Of a stretch of DNA of 40,659 bases, positions 22,367 through 33,800 are shown piece after piece. The translations under genes were made by a program, and so were the position numbers. Positions within the stretch are counted from its first letter, which is position 1; each line of letters begins with the position of its first letter. A model generated the notes under the pieces. That model had not been told where the DNA came from. It saw only the letters and a list, made by a program, of their open reading frames with translations, and did not search any database. The DNA is from Rhizaria sp. SCN 62-66. Lineage: Eukaryota. The DNA is taken from NCBI GenBank assembly GCA_001724265.1, contig MEDY01000283.1, positions 1 through 40,659 on the forward strand. Reading direction: 5' to 3'.

Positions 22367-22734
22367 CAGGCAGTTGATGCAGCGCTTCACGACTTGGCGC
22401 GATTTTTCAAGCTATAAAGAGGCAATGAAAACATGACAGACAAATAATAGTTAACAAGCAAATGGACGTCTAAATCTGCCCCCAACAGCCGTTAATATCC
22501 ACGAATTGTTCGAGTTGGCGATAATTATCTTTTCTGATGGAGTGTTGAGGTGTGAGCCCGCCTCTTGCGAGTCCACTTCCACATTGTGTGTCACCTCACA
22601 CCATCCGTAAATATCGATATAACAACAACCTTAAGTTGTATATTTATCGCGAAATCTTGAATCCATTTTTCAATTTTAATCTAACTTTGATTGCCATTCC
22701 CCACACTCATTTTTATCTCCCCCAGTGGGGACTC
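22367..22734. promoter_or_regulatory. Putative bidirectional promoter region between tilS and MCM9
   Basis: 368-bp AT-rich spacer between two divergent ATGs. Inferred from position only; no motif identified. Confidence 0.45.
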
Positions 22735-25700
22735 ATGAGCTTCGCGCCACCTCACGGTCCCGGCGCAGGCCGCGGCGGCACCCCAGCGCCCCCACACCCC
22801 GGCCCGGGAGCACTTTACGGCGGAACACCGCGCGCCACGGCCCCCGTGCCCGTCTATATCCAGCCGCAGTCTTCACAGCAGCCCTACGGCCCGCAGCAGC
22901 GGCCGAGTCTGCATCAAACCCAGTCCCAGCACTCCCAACAGCAGCAGACTTCCTCTTCGTCGTCTTCGTCACACTCGCTGTCGCAGTCTCAGTCCCAGTC
23001 ACAGTCGTATTCGCAGTATGGATACTCCCAGCAGCCACATGTGCCCCAGTCCCCGCATCAATTTCAGCACCAGCACCCTGCACAGTCGCCGATGCAGCAG
23101 CTGCCCACACCAATGAAGCAGTCGCCGCTGCAAACGCCACTGCAGACGCCGCTGCAGACGCCACTACACTCGCAACGGCTGCCCTACGTGCAGACGCACT
23201 CGTCCGCTGCGCCGCAGCTCTCGCAGCAGCAGCCGCCACCGCCGCCGTCTCAGCGCCAGCGGGACCAGCACTCGTGGTCGCCATCCCTCTCGCAGCGGTC
23301 GCAGTCGCAGAGCTACGCACACGCGTCGCCGTACGGCAGTAGTGCAGGCGTAGTTATCAGTGATGACGACTACAATGACTACAGTCTTAACTCTAACAAC
23401 GATGCAGGTTCCAGTAGCGGCGGCGTGAATCCTTTCGCTCGCGTGCACACCCGCAACCCCCCTGCGCCGCCCTGTCCCCAGCCCCTCCCCAGCAGCAGCA
23501 GCAGCGGCGGCCCTTCGCATAACACTGCACCGACAGCAGCAGCAGCAGCAGCGCCGGCGGCGGCGAGTAGCGCGCCCCTGTTTGTGCCGTCCCCGCTGCT
23601 GTCGAGCTACACCGCGCCCTTCGCGCCGCCGCTGGGCTCCGTCCCCGCGCAGGCCCGCGCGCAGCTGGGCCCGCCGACCGCGCCCGGGTACGTCGCGCGC
23701 CTCAACGAACTGCTCTTCGCCACGGCGCCGCCCGCCGCGGCGGCCCCGCCTCCCGCCGCGGCCATATTGCGCCACGCCGAGGTGACCGTGGGCTCGTTCC
23801 AGCAGTTCTTCGCGGCCTACCTCGTCGCGCACCAGCCCGCGACGCTGCGCGCGCTGCTGCTGGCGCCGGAGCCGCTGCAGTACCACCGCCTGCCGGTCTC
23901 GGTGGCGCAGCTCTGGGCCGTACATCCGCCCGCGGCGCGCGTGCTGTTGGACCACGCCGCCGCGCTGCTGCCCAAGGTGCTTGGCGACGCGGGCTTCGAG
24001 GCGCAGCAGGTCTTCCGCGAGATCCTCAATGCCGAGCACGAGCGCGAGTGGGAGCTCGCCGTGCTTAAGCTCCAACAAACGCACCATCAACAGCAACAAA
24101 GGCAACACGAACAACAAAAGCAACGGGATGGCTTCGGGTTTGCCGCTCCGGACTTTCCTGCCTTTGCCGGGGCCTCGCTCGTGCTGCCGCCGCGGCCGCA
24201 GCTCATCACGTCGACGGACCTCAAGGTGTACCTGTCGCCCGCGCTGTACGCCGTGCCACCGCTGTACCCCTACTTCCGCCCGCTTTTCTCCTCCCTGCGC
24301 GCGCGCGACCGCGACCGGCTGGTGGTCACGCGCGGCGTTGTCACGCGCGTGGAACCCGTGTCGGCGATCGAGGGCGTGCGCGTGTACCGCTGCGACCTCT
24401 GCGGGTACCGCTTCAATGTGGAGCCGCGCATCGACCACGGCGCGTCGCCGCCCATGCCCAGCATCTGCCCCTCGCGCGTCGCCGCGCAGGGCGACCTCAC
24501 CGGCGCCATCACGGCCGCCGCGGCCGCGCGCGGCGCCGGCGCGGACGACGACGACCTGCTCGCGGCCGCCGAGGGATACGTTTATCCCGCCGCCCCGCAG
24601 TCTCAGCCGCAGTGGGGGCGAGGCGGGAAGAGCCGCGGCCGGCAGCGCGGCGGCTCCGGCGCGGGCGGCGGTGGTGCGGACGCGCCGAAGCTGTGCAGCT
24701 CGCGCATCTTCTCCGTCGATGAGAGCTCGCCCGTGTACAAGCGCGACTTCCAGCGCGTGCGGCTGCAGGAGCTGCCCGTCTTCAACAACAACGGCGGCGG
24801 TGGCGGCGGCAGCGGCGACGGAGACGGTGACAGCGGCGGCGGCGGCGGCGGCGGGCGCGTGCTGCCGCGGTCCATGGTGATGATCCTGCAGGACGAGCTT
24901 GTGGGCACGGTGCGCGCGGGCCAGCGCGTGGCCGCCACCGCGCTCGCACTGCGGCAGTGGGATACGCTAGTCCCGCAGCAGCGCACCGACATGGCTTTCG
25001 TGCTGCTGGCCAACCACGTCGAGGTGCTCGACGCCGACGCCGCGGCGCCCTCGGTGACGCGAGCCCAGCGAGCGCGCGTGCGTGAGCTCTGCGTGACGCA
25101 TCGCTACAGCCCTATGCAGCTGCGCGCGCGGCTTATCGCGTCCGTGTGCCCGCAGCTCTGGGGGCTCGCCGTCGAGAAGCTGGCCACGCTGCTCACGGTC
25201 ATCGGCGGCGTCGAGCGCGACGACTCGCTGCCGAGCAACAACAACAACAGCGGCAACAGCGCGCACATGAACAGCCTCACGCACGACGGTGGCGCAGGCT
25301 CCCAGTCCGCCGGCTCCGGCTCGGGGTTCCGCGTGCGCGGACAAAGCCACCTGCTGCTGATCGGGCCGCCGTCGATGGGCAAGTCGCAGCTGATGCGCTT
25401 CGCGGCGCGCCTGGCCCCGCGCGCCGTCACCACCACGGGCACCGGCTCCACGGCTGCGGGGCTCACCGCGAGCGTGAGCATGTCCGCCGACGCGGGCGTG
25501 GAGCCGGGCGCGCTGGTGGTCGCCAGCGGCGGGCTGTGCTGCATCGACGAGTTCGGCACCGTGCGCAAAAGCGAGCGCGCGGCGCTGCTCGAGGCCATGG
25601 AGCAGCAAACCGTCTCCATCACCAAGGGCGGCGTGAGCGTGCTGCTGGACGCCAAGACCACGGTCCTGGCGACTCAGAACCCGCGCGCGGCGGACGGCAG

Positions 25701-28700
25701 CTGCAGCTATGACGCGGGGGCCGACATGACCACCAACACCGGCATCGAGCCTCCGCTGCTGTCGCGCTTCGACCTCATCGCCATCATGGGCGACCTGTCG
25801 GGTAAGGACTGGGATGCCCGCGTGACGCGGCATCTGCTCGACTCGCTGCCCAGGCCTGCTGTTGAGGACGTCGAGGCCGCGGCCGCGCACGTTAGCGCTG
25901 CCATCACGCGCGCGCACGCCGCCAGCGCTGCGAACAATGACTTCAGTGACGGTGCCGCTGCTTCTGCGATGGCCGGCTCTCCGATATCTCCGGGGCCGCA
26001 CCGCTACAACAACAATACCATGAACAACGGCGGATTCACAACCCCACAGCAAAGCAGCCACAGCCACACGTCGTCTGCGTCCAACAGCGCACTTGCCAGC
26101 TTTCGCACGCCTGGTGGCTTCACGAGCCCGACGGCGGCCGCTACCGGCGCTGGTGCAGCGCCGCGGGTGGAGACGGTCGAGGAGGCGCACCTCGCGGACC
26201 TGATGTCGGAGCTGGCCCTTGCGCGCAACAGCAGTGCCCGCCCTGGCGGCAGCGTCGGCGTCGGCGGCGCGCGCGCAGGCCCGCTCTTGCCCGTATCAGC
26301 GGCGAACGCCCACGCCCTCGGCCTCGGCTCCGGGCAGTTCGGTCCATTCTCGCCGCAGCCCGGCCAGCGCGCCGCAGTGTCGCCCGCGTCGTCGCTGTCG
26401 CGCGCGTCCGCCAGCGCGCGCTCGAGCCCCGCTTTGCTCTCGCCGGGCGCGAGCTCGCTATCGCTTGCCGTTCCCTCTGCAGTCGCTGGCGGCGTGGACC
26501 CGAGTCTGGCCCTGCGCGGCGGCGCGGTAGTCGCCGTCGCGGCGTCGCACCGCATCGTCAACCCGGGCCGCGAGGGCGAAGCCGCCTTCGATAGCGCAAG
26601 TCAGAACAGCGATAGCCCGCCTGTGCACGGCGGCGTCAACAGGACGCCGGTCGCGGGCATGCGCACGCCTGTTGGCGCTGGCGGCCTTAACGCGGGCGCT
26701 CACCCCGGTTCTTTCAACCAGCAGCGAAGCGGCGGCGCTGCAGTGACACCATCCTCCGCGACGCAACCACACTCGCGCTTCAACCCGCCTACATCGCAGC
26801 ATCAGACGCAACAATCGCCGTTGCCCGGTGCCGATGTGAGACGCGATCGCGAGCCGCGGTATCTCGTGGAGCCCGCGCAGCTGTCGTTCAACATGCTGCG
26901 GTCATACCTGCACTACGTGCGCACTCACCTGCGCCCCACGATCTCCAAGTGGGCGTACGAGGTCCTCACACGCTACTTCCGTCTGCGGCGCGAGCGCGCG
27001 CGGTTCCAGGCGCCCGCGGCGATGTCGTTCGTGACAGTGCGGCTGCTCGAGGCGCTGCTGCGGCTGACTCAGGCGCACGCGCGGCTGCTGGGCAGCGCCG
27101 AGGCGCGGCTCGTCGACGCCGTGAGCGTTGTCCTGCTGATGGAGCACCTGCAGGCGGGGCAGGAGCACGGCGGCCACGTCGCCGGCGGCGGGCTCGACCC
27201 GCAGTACCTCGCGCTGCGGCCGCCGCGGGCGCCGCGCTCGCCCGCGCCGTCACCCGGGCAGTCGCAGCTCCAGTCGGTGCATCCGCTGTCACAGCAGGGG
27301 TGGCGCGCGGTCACTCGCGCGGGGTCGGTGGCCATGCTCGCGCGCACTCAGTCGCACATCGACAGCAACAGTGCCGCTGGCACCGCGCGTGATGACTACG
27401 CGTCTGACGAGTCGGTCGGCCCTCCCCCCGTGCCCGCGCGCTCGCTTTGCCCGCCCGCGCCCAACGGCCTGGCCTGGGACCCAGACGCGGCCTACCTCCG
27501 CGACGAGGCGACCGTGCTTGCGATGCTCGGCCTGGACCCCGCCGCGGTGCCCGTACGCGAGCGCCTGCCGCTCTACCCGACGGACCCGCGCTGCCCGCCG
27601 CACCGCGAGCCGGGCGCCGCGGCCGCGTTCGCCGCCGCACTGCATGGCGCCGGCGCAGACGGCGCACCCGCGCTGCAGCAGTCGGCCGCGCTCATGGGCG
27701 TGTCGGCCGACGCGCGGCACGCGCGCACCGCGCTCACGGTTGCTGCGACTGCGGCGGCCGCGTCGTCGGCGGCCGCGGCGCAGGAGCGCGCCCGCGCCGC
27801 GCGCGCGCTCGAGGACCGCGTGGAGGGCGAGGCGTGGTCCGCGCTGCTGGCGCGCGTCGAGGCCGCGGAGAGGGCCGAGGAACTGTCGTGGCGCGCGCAG
27901 AGGCACGCGGACGCGCTCGCTGCGACTGAAAACGACGACTTGAGCGACGCACGTTCTGGCTCTAGCTCTAGCGTGAACAAACCTGGTGCGAGTGCGGCTG
28001 CGAGTACTGCTGCCGCCAAGGGTATTGGAGGCGTGTTTGTGGCGGCAGCGTCGACGTCATCTTCTGTAGCTGTAACTGCTTTGCCACGGGCTGCTCCGTT
28101 TAATACGATGCAACACAACACCCGAAATGATAACATGACCAGCATTAACACGGAGACCGTGGGCATGAATGCAGCACGCACAAATACTGACGCTGCGACG
28201 AGCAGTACGAGTGTTGCCAGCGCTAACCCCTGGGGGAATAGCGCAAGTTTCAGTCGTAATCCTGCTGAGCGAAATGCAAATGTGCATGCGTCCGCAGCTG
28301 CCCCTGGTGCACACGCCGCTGCGGGCGCGAACCGCCCGCTCGCTATGATCCCTGGCTTCGGCGGGGGCGACGCAGCTGGCTCTGCCTCGGCCGCTTCGGA
28401 CTCTGCGTCCACGAGCGCAGGCGCAAGTGTGAGTGTTGGTGGCAGTGTCGCTCGTATCGTAGCGGGTGATGCAGACTCTGTCATTGGTGCTAACGCATCG
28501 AGTCACGATGCAGCGCGATCAACCACTGCATCAGCTGCACAAGTGCCGCCTTACGCTGATGCCACGAGCGCTCAGGCGACTGCAAGCCGCGCCAATGTGA
28601 CTTTTAGCCAGTGGAACCCTGCGCCGTCGGCCCCTGTTTTCGCCCCATCGCAACAACAACAGCAACTTCACCGGCAGTCGGACTCGGCCGACGCGCTGTC

Positions 28701-30429
28701 ACCGCAGTCGTCGCAGCCGTTGTCTGACGACGCGGCTGTTGCTCGCGGTCGCAAGGCGCGTGTACTTTCTGATGACGACGATGAGGCCAAGGAGACCCAC
28801 AGCGCTCTGCTCAGCAAGAGCACTGCGAAGCATAAGAAAGCTCCACAGCGCGACGACAGCAGCAGCGAGAGTAGTGATTGTATTGTTGACGACGACGACG
28901 ATCAAGACGACAGCGACGACGATGTAGATGACGGTCTCAGCGACTTCAAGCGTGAACAGCGGCGGAAGCGTGATAAGAAGAGCAAGCGCAACAAAAAAGA
29001 CGAACGCAGAAAGGCCAAGAAGGAGAAGAAACACACTGATAAGCGTTCCGACAAAAAGGCCAGTAAGAAGGACAAAACGGACAAGAAGGACAAGAAGACG
29101 GACGTAACAGCCGACTCTTCCGCATCAGCCACCGCGGCCCCTGCCGCTTCTCACTCGCCGTCGGCGCTGCGCAATGCGTCCGCGGCAGTTTGGATTACCC
29201 GCAGCTCCAGTGCCGTCCCCGGCCTCAGTGATCCCGCTTCCTCCGCCGCCGCGGCTGCCGCCAGTGCTCTTGCCGTCAACCCTGCGCCCGCGCCGCCGCG
29301 GCCTGTGGCGGTGCCGGCGTACGCGCCGCAGTTCTCGGCCGTGACCGCGCGCGACCAGGCCCGCCATGCGCGCGCGAGCGCCTTGAGCGGCGTCGCACTG
29401 CCCGAAGCGTATCCACAGACGCACGCCGCCGCGCGCGAGCGCCTCAGCGCGTCCACGGCGTCCACGGCGTCCGCCGCGTTCGACGCTGCGGGCGGCGACG
29501 GCGACAGCGCTGCTGCCGGCGCCGACGACTGGAGCGGCGGTCAGCTGCCGCTGACGCAGTACGTTGCGTCCCACTCGGCCACGCCGCGCCACACGCCGCA
29601 GCGCCAGCAACAGCAACGTGAACCGCAGCACGCGTGGATGCCGCGCGCCCCCGGCCGGAGCCCCACCGCATCCAACGGCGGCGCGACCGCTGGCGCTGCT
29701 GCTGCTGCTGTCACCAGTGCGTCAATCTGGACGGCAGGGGCGGTCACAGAAGACGGCCCGCGGATCACTACTCCCAGCCGACCGCGACCGCCTGTGCCAT
29801 CAATGCTGCCTGAAGGCGACCGCGACTTGACCACATCATTAGCCTTAGCGGCCGCGAATGTAGTTGGGCAGTTGGCCGACAGTGAGAGATTGTCTGGGTC
29901 TGCAACGAAACGCGCTCGCTTAGCGTCAGGTCGTATTGCCAATCCCAACAGTGATAGCTATTGCCAGGAGAGCGAGGGCAGCGTTGCTTGTCTCACGACG
30001 GCCACGGACGCCGCGACCGCAGTTGTGGGCAGCTCTGTCGTTCAAAGTAACAGCAGTGCGATAAGTAGAGGTCACGGGGGATCCCAGTGGCAGTTTGGCG
30101 AGAGCCTTCACGGCTACGGTGCTTTGCTTAGTGGGAGTCACAGTAACAACTCTACCGCTGGTATTGACCGCAACGTAGACTCGACGCATAGCAGCCAGTC
30201 TAGTCATGGAACCAGTCAATCAGAGCAACGTGGCGCCGCAACTGCTCTTTCGCATCCTGCAACGACGTCAGCTGCGACCAATAATGCTGTTGTACAAGTT
30301 AGAGGCACAACGACTGCGCTACCACACGGGAATCAGGTGAGTAGAAGCAACAACCATAGCAGCAGGGGCGGGAGCAGTGGTGACCTCGATATATTTGCGC
30401 CACCAAAGCATCTTGCACCACGCAAGTGA
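22735..30429 (+). CDS. MCM9: DNA helicase MCM9 (MCM8/9 family), ~2564 aa with long disordered extensions
   Basis: Zn finger CDLC...CP...C; RDFQRVRLQE; LQDELVGTVRAG; RGQSHLLLIGPPSMGKSQ (Walker A); TTGTGSTAAGLT; GLCCIDEF (Walker B, MCM9-type IDEF); EAMEQQTVSI; LLSRFDL (Arg finger); TVRLLEALLRLTQAHARL. ATG at 22735; ends TGA. Confidence 0.9.
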   Translation: MSFAPPHGPGAGRGGTPAPPHPGPGALYGGTPRATAPVPVYIQPQSSQQPYGPQQRPSLHQTQSQHSQQQQTSSSSSSSHSLSQSQSQSQSYSQYGYSQQPHVPQSPHQFQHQHPAQSPMQQLPTPMKQSPLQTPLQTPLQTPLHSQRLPYVQTHSSAAPQLSQQQPPPPPSQRQRDQHSWSPSLSQRSQSQSYAHASPYGSSAGVVISDDDYNDYSLNSNNDAGSSSGGVNPFARVHTRNPPAPPCPQPLPSSSSSGGPSHNTAPTAAAAAAPAAASSAPLFVPSPLLSSYTAPFAPPLGSVPAQARAQLGPPTAPGYVARLNELLFATAPPAAAAPPPAAAILRHAEVTVGSFQQFFAAYLVAHQPATLRALLLAPEPLQYHRLPVSVAQLWAVHPPAARVLLDHAAALLPKVLGDAGFEAQQVFREILNAEHEREWELAVLKLQQTHHQQQQRQHEQQKQRDGFGFAAPDFPAFAGASLVLPPRPQLITSTDLKVYLSPALYAVPPLYPYFRPLFSSLRARDRDRLVVTRGVVTRVEPVSAIEGVRVYRCDLCGYRFNVEPRIDHGASPPMPSICPSRVAAQGDLTGAITAAAAARGAGADDDDLLAAAEGYVYPAAPQSQPQWGRGGKSRGRQRGGSGAGGGGADAPKLCSSRIFSVDESSPVYKRDFQRVRLQELPVFNNNGGGGGGSGDGDGDSGGGGGGGRVLPRSMVMILQDELVGTVRAGQRVAATALALRQWDTLVPQQRTDMAFVLLANHVEVLDADAAAPSVTRAQRARVRELCVTHRYSPMQLRARLIASVCPQLWGLAVEKLATLLTVIGGVERDDSLPSNNNNSGNSAHMNSLTHDGGAGSQSAGSGSGFRVRGQSHLLLIGPPSMGKSQLMRFAARLAPRAVTTTGTGSTAAGLTASVSMSADAGVEPGALVVASGGLCCIDEFGTVRKSERAALLEAMEQQTVSITKGGVSVLLDAKTTVLATQNPRAADGSCSYDAGADMTTNTGIEPPLLSRFDLIAIMGDLSGKDWDARVTRHLLDSLPRPAVEDVEAAAAHVSAAITRAHAASAANNDFSDGAAASAMAGSPISPGPHRYNNNTMNNGGFTTPQQSSHSHTSSASNSALASFRTPGGFTSPTAAATGAGAAPRVETVEEAHLADLMSELALARNSSARPGGSVGVGGARAGPLLPVSAANAHALGLGSGQFGPFSPQPGQRAAVSPASSLSRASASARSSPALLSPGASSLSLAVPSAVAGGVDPSLALRGGAVVAVAASHRIVNPGREGEAAFDSASQNSDSPPVHGGVNRTPVAGMRTPVGAGGLNAGAHPGSFNQQRSGGAAVTPSSATQPHSRFNPPTSQHQTQQSPLPGADVRRDREPRYLVEPAQLSFNMLRSYLHYVRTHLRPTISKWAYEVLTRYFRLRRERARFQAPAAMSFVTVRLLEALLRLTQAHARLLGSAEARLVDAVSVVLLMEHLQAGQEHGGHVAGGGLDPQYLALRPPRAPRSPAPSPGQSQLQSVHPLSQQGWRAVTRAGSVAMLARTQSHIDSNSAAGTARDDYASDESVGPPPVPARSLCPPAPNGLAWDPDAAYLRDEATVLAMLGLDPAAVPVRERLPLYPTDPRCPPHREPGAAAAFAAALHGAGADGAPALQQSAALMGVSADARHARTALTVAATAAAASSAAAAQERARAARALEDRVEGEAWSALLARVEAAERAEELSWRAQRHADALAATENDDLSDARSGSSSSVNKPGASAAASTAAAKGIGGVFVAAASTSSSVAVTALPRAAPFNTMQHNTRNDNMTSINTETVGMNAARTNTDAATSSTSVASANPWGNSASFSRNPAERNANVHASAAAPGAHAAAGANRPLAMIPGFGGGDAAGSASAASDSASTSAGASVSVGGSVARIVAGDADSVIGANASSHDAARSTTASAAQVPPYADATSAQATASRANVTFSQWNPAPSAPVFAPSQQQQQLHRQSDSADALSPQSSQPLSDDAAVARGRKARVLSDDDDEAKETHSALLSKSTAKHKKAPQRDDSSSESSDCIVDDDDDQDDSDDDVDDGLSDFKREQRRKRDKKSKRNKKDERRKAKKEKKHTDKRSDKKASKKDKTDKKDKKTDVTADSSASATAAPAASHSPSALRNASAAVWITRSSSAVPGLSDPASSAAAAAASALAVNPAPAPPRPVAVPAYAPQFSAVTARDQARHARASALSGVALPEAYPQTHAAARERLSASTASTASAAFDAAGGDGDSAAAGADDWSGGQLPLTQYVASHSATPRHTPQRQQQQREPQHAWMPRAPGRSPTASNGGATAGAAAAAVTSASIWTAGAVTEDGPRITTPSRPRPPVPSMLPEGDRDLTTSLALAAANVVGQLADSERLSGSATKRARLASGRIANPNSDSYCQESEGSVACLTTATDAATAVVGSSVVQSNSSAISRGHGGSQWQFGESLHGYGALLSGSHSNNSTAGIDRNVDSTHSSQSSHGTSQSEQRGAATALSHPATTSAATNNAVVQVRGTTTALPHGNQVSRSNNHSSRGGSSGDLDIFAPPKHLAPRK

Positions 30430-30834
30430 GTCATTGAAGCTTTTTCATCAACGCAGCTTCGATCAACAGGCCGAATCATTGCATATTTAAATCTGAGTAA
30501 CTTTATTTAGGAATTAGAGCGTGGAAATACATGATTTATTAAGCGTTTGGAAGCGTCTTCGAGATGATTAGGGCTCCGAGATATCAGTGCCATCCAATTC
30601 GAAGCTGCCTACAGAGTATTCATGATGATTCAGAGTCTACACGTGCCCGTGATACTTTGTTCAACTGAATGATGGTCGTAGTGAGCAGTTGTCCTCCCTT
30701 ATGGTTATGAAGCATTTGACAAGTCTGGCATTGTGACGCACTGAAGAACAGAGAGTCATTAATATCATCCTCGAGCATTTTTGTTGGCCTCGGAATTGAG
30801 TTAATTATCGCGGAGTTGAGTGACGAGTTGTATC

Positions 30835-33800
30835 TTATACTGAGCCGCCATATGCAGACGCAGTCTCGTCGCTGCCACCGGCGCTGCTGCCCGTCGTTTC
30901 GCTGCTGCCCGTGACCGAGGACGCCGCCGTCGACGACGCGTCTCCCTCGGCGCCCGGCGGTAATAGCGTCTCGAGCGGCTCGACTCCGAAGCACCGCGGT
31001 ACCTTGCCGGCCGCCATCTCGGCGAGCGTCGCGTCGCGCGTCACAGCGTGCATCGTCGCCACGAACCGGTGGCGGTACACGCTGGGTTTCACCGCGCTGA
31101 TGCCGCGCCCGTCAAGACACATGCCGTAGGTCTTGAGCAGCGACTCGCAGCGCTTCGACGCGTCGTACGCAGTCAGGATGTCGATGATACCGAAGAAGTA
31201 CGCCAACGGTAGCTCGTGGCCCGGAGACCCACCGACGGGGGCAGCGACGATTGCGCCTGCACTCGCACTCACTGCAGTCGTGACTGCCAGACCGGTGGCT
31301 ACGGCCGCGGTGCGCGATGACAGCGCGATCGGCGCTGCGTTGCTATTCGCGCTGGTGGCGCCGCTGCCCGAGAAGTTAAGCAGTGGCGGCAAGTATTTGC
31401 CCACGGTCCTCAGGCCGGTTTGTAAGCCTGTGGCGACACCACCAGCAAGTCCCCCCAGGCCACCGCTCGCGCCCTCGGATGCGGTTGCGGCGGCTGCAGC
31501 CTGCGCTGCGGCCTCGGCCTCCGCGGCGGCGAGCTCGGCGGCGGCCTGCGCGGCCTCTGCATCGGCGGCGGCCTCCGCGTCCTGCGTCGCGATAACAGCG
31601 GGGTAGCCGACGGCCTCTGCGGCCTCGGCCTCGGCCTCAACCTGCTTCTCGATCGACAGCGGCGACGGGCGGCCCGCTGCGACGATGACAGGAGCCTGAG
31701 CAACAACTGCAGTCGCAGCGTTTCTGCCAGCCGCAGCCTGTTGCTGCTGCTGTTGCTGCTGCTGTTGCGCGGCGGGCTTGGGCCGCTCGCCGCCCCAGTG
31801 CAGGCCGAGCAGGAGCGAGTAGTCCATGACGCCCAGCTCGCACAGGAACGCCGAGTCGCTCGATACAGCGTCGAGGAAGAGCCGCCGCGTGTGGGGCTCC
31901 ATCACGACCGTGTGCGCAAGGTTGTTGTCCTTGCCCAGCCCGACGCGGTCCGGCGCGGGCACCGCGGCCGGCGCGAGTCCTCCCAGAGCAGGCACGAACT
32001 GACCGGGCGCGCGACCGCGGGTGCTCGTGGGAGAAACGGCACGGGCGCCGGCCGCAGTGATTGTGAGCGCAGTGACTGCGGCAGGGGAGACTGCAGCGGT
32101 GTCGTCCTGGGCGGAGAGAAGCGACAGCGATAGTCCTGCTGCCTTGTCCTTATCGATGGGGTTCGTTGCCGCAGCGGTGTTGGCGCGAGAGCGCGCAGCG
32201 TTCATGCGCACGTGCGCGCCGCCCGTCTCACCAGCCGCAGCACCCGCGCTGCCTGCGTTAGCAGCCGCAGTGCCAGTAGCGGCGGCGGCGTGCTCTTCGG
32301 CCTCCGCATCGGTGGTGTCGATCCCGCTCGAAGACGAAGATGAAGCCGCAGCAGCGGACGCAGCTGTGGATTTGCTATCGCGGCCGCGGCTCTGCTCGGT
32401 GTCCGCAACAGCAGACGCAGTCGGAGCAGCAGCAGCGCGTGCGGCAGCGGCCGCGCGCGCGCGTTCACGAGCATTCATGGGCCCTGCATTCGTGCCCGCC
32501 GCCGCCTCATTGATGCTGACGTTTGCCGCTGCATTGCTCGCAGTGTTCGAATTCATTGCAATGCCACCGTTCTGATCCGTGAAACGGGCGTACCCACCAC
32601 TACGTCCGCGCGCATGTGCTTGCGCATGCAGACTCGCATTGCTGCCACCGTAGCCGCCGAACCCGCCCGGAGCTGCGCCAGCGCGCCGGCCCTTGCCCTT
32701 CTTGCCCTGCGGCCCCGCATCAATGCCGGAGGGCCCGTCCGCAGACCGCGCGACCCAGGAGCCCTTGATGTCGTACCGTTCCTGCACCAGCAGCATGCTC
32801 GCGTCGGCGTCCGCGCCGGCGCCCAGCAGCGCGGCACCCAGCGCAGCGGCCTCGGCCTCGGACGCCGCGCCAACGCCCACGAGCGCACCGGGCGCGCTCG
32901 ACAGCGCGGCTACGGCGGAGACAAGCGCCTCTGCGGACACCGGCCGCGGCACAGTGCCCAAGACTGAGCTCTCGCCCGCTGGCGCGATAGCTGTTGCACT
33001 CGTGGCAGCGGCAGCGGCGGCGTTGGCGCGCGCGGTCGCGGTGGCAACGGTGGCGGCGGACAGCGCGGCGGCAAGCGCGTTGGGTGGCCGGCTGAGCCCG
33101 ACAGGCAGCGGGAGCGATGCAAAAGCTGCATCAGCGCGCGCGGCCGCGGCGGCGTCGCCCGACTTGGCTGCGGCGACAGCGGCGGTGCGCGCGGCGACCC
33201 AGCGGCGCGCGGCCGAGGTGACCGTGGCCCAGTAGCCGGCGCACACGCGCAGCCGCTGCGCGCCCGAGAGCGCGAGGCAGTTGGACATGACGAGGAAGTG
33301 AATGTCGACGCCGTAGAGGCGGATGCGGTGGAAGCCGTAGATGCGCGTGAGCAGCGTAACGCGGCGCGTGAGCAAGTGGTGCGTGTACGCCGGCAGCATC
33401 ATGAACAGCGTCGACGCTTCGCTGTGGTTCACGGACTTGACGATCATCTTCTGGTCTTCAGAGAAGTAGAAGAATGACCCGGAGCGGCCTTCGGTGAACT
33501 TCTCCATCATCGTCAGCGTCTTGCCCTGGATTGACGCGACGTACTCTTCGTCGCTCACGCCGCCCAGCGCGCGCAGCACGCGGAACACCTGCGGCGCGAA
33601 GTCAACGAACGGCGCAGACGTCGCGCTCTGCTCAGTCGCGGGCTGCGGCTGCGGCGCTGCCGTCGCGGACGCACCCAGATCACTGCTCTCGCTGTCGGTG
33701 AGGGGTGACGCGGCGTGCGAGCGCTTGTTCCTGCCGCCGCCACTGCGCGCGGGCTTGGCGCCCACGACGGCGGCCATGCGCTCGGCGCCGCGGAGCTGTC

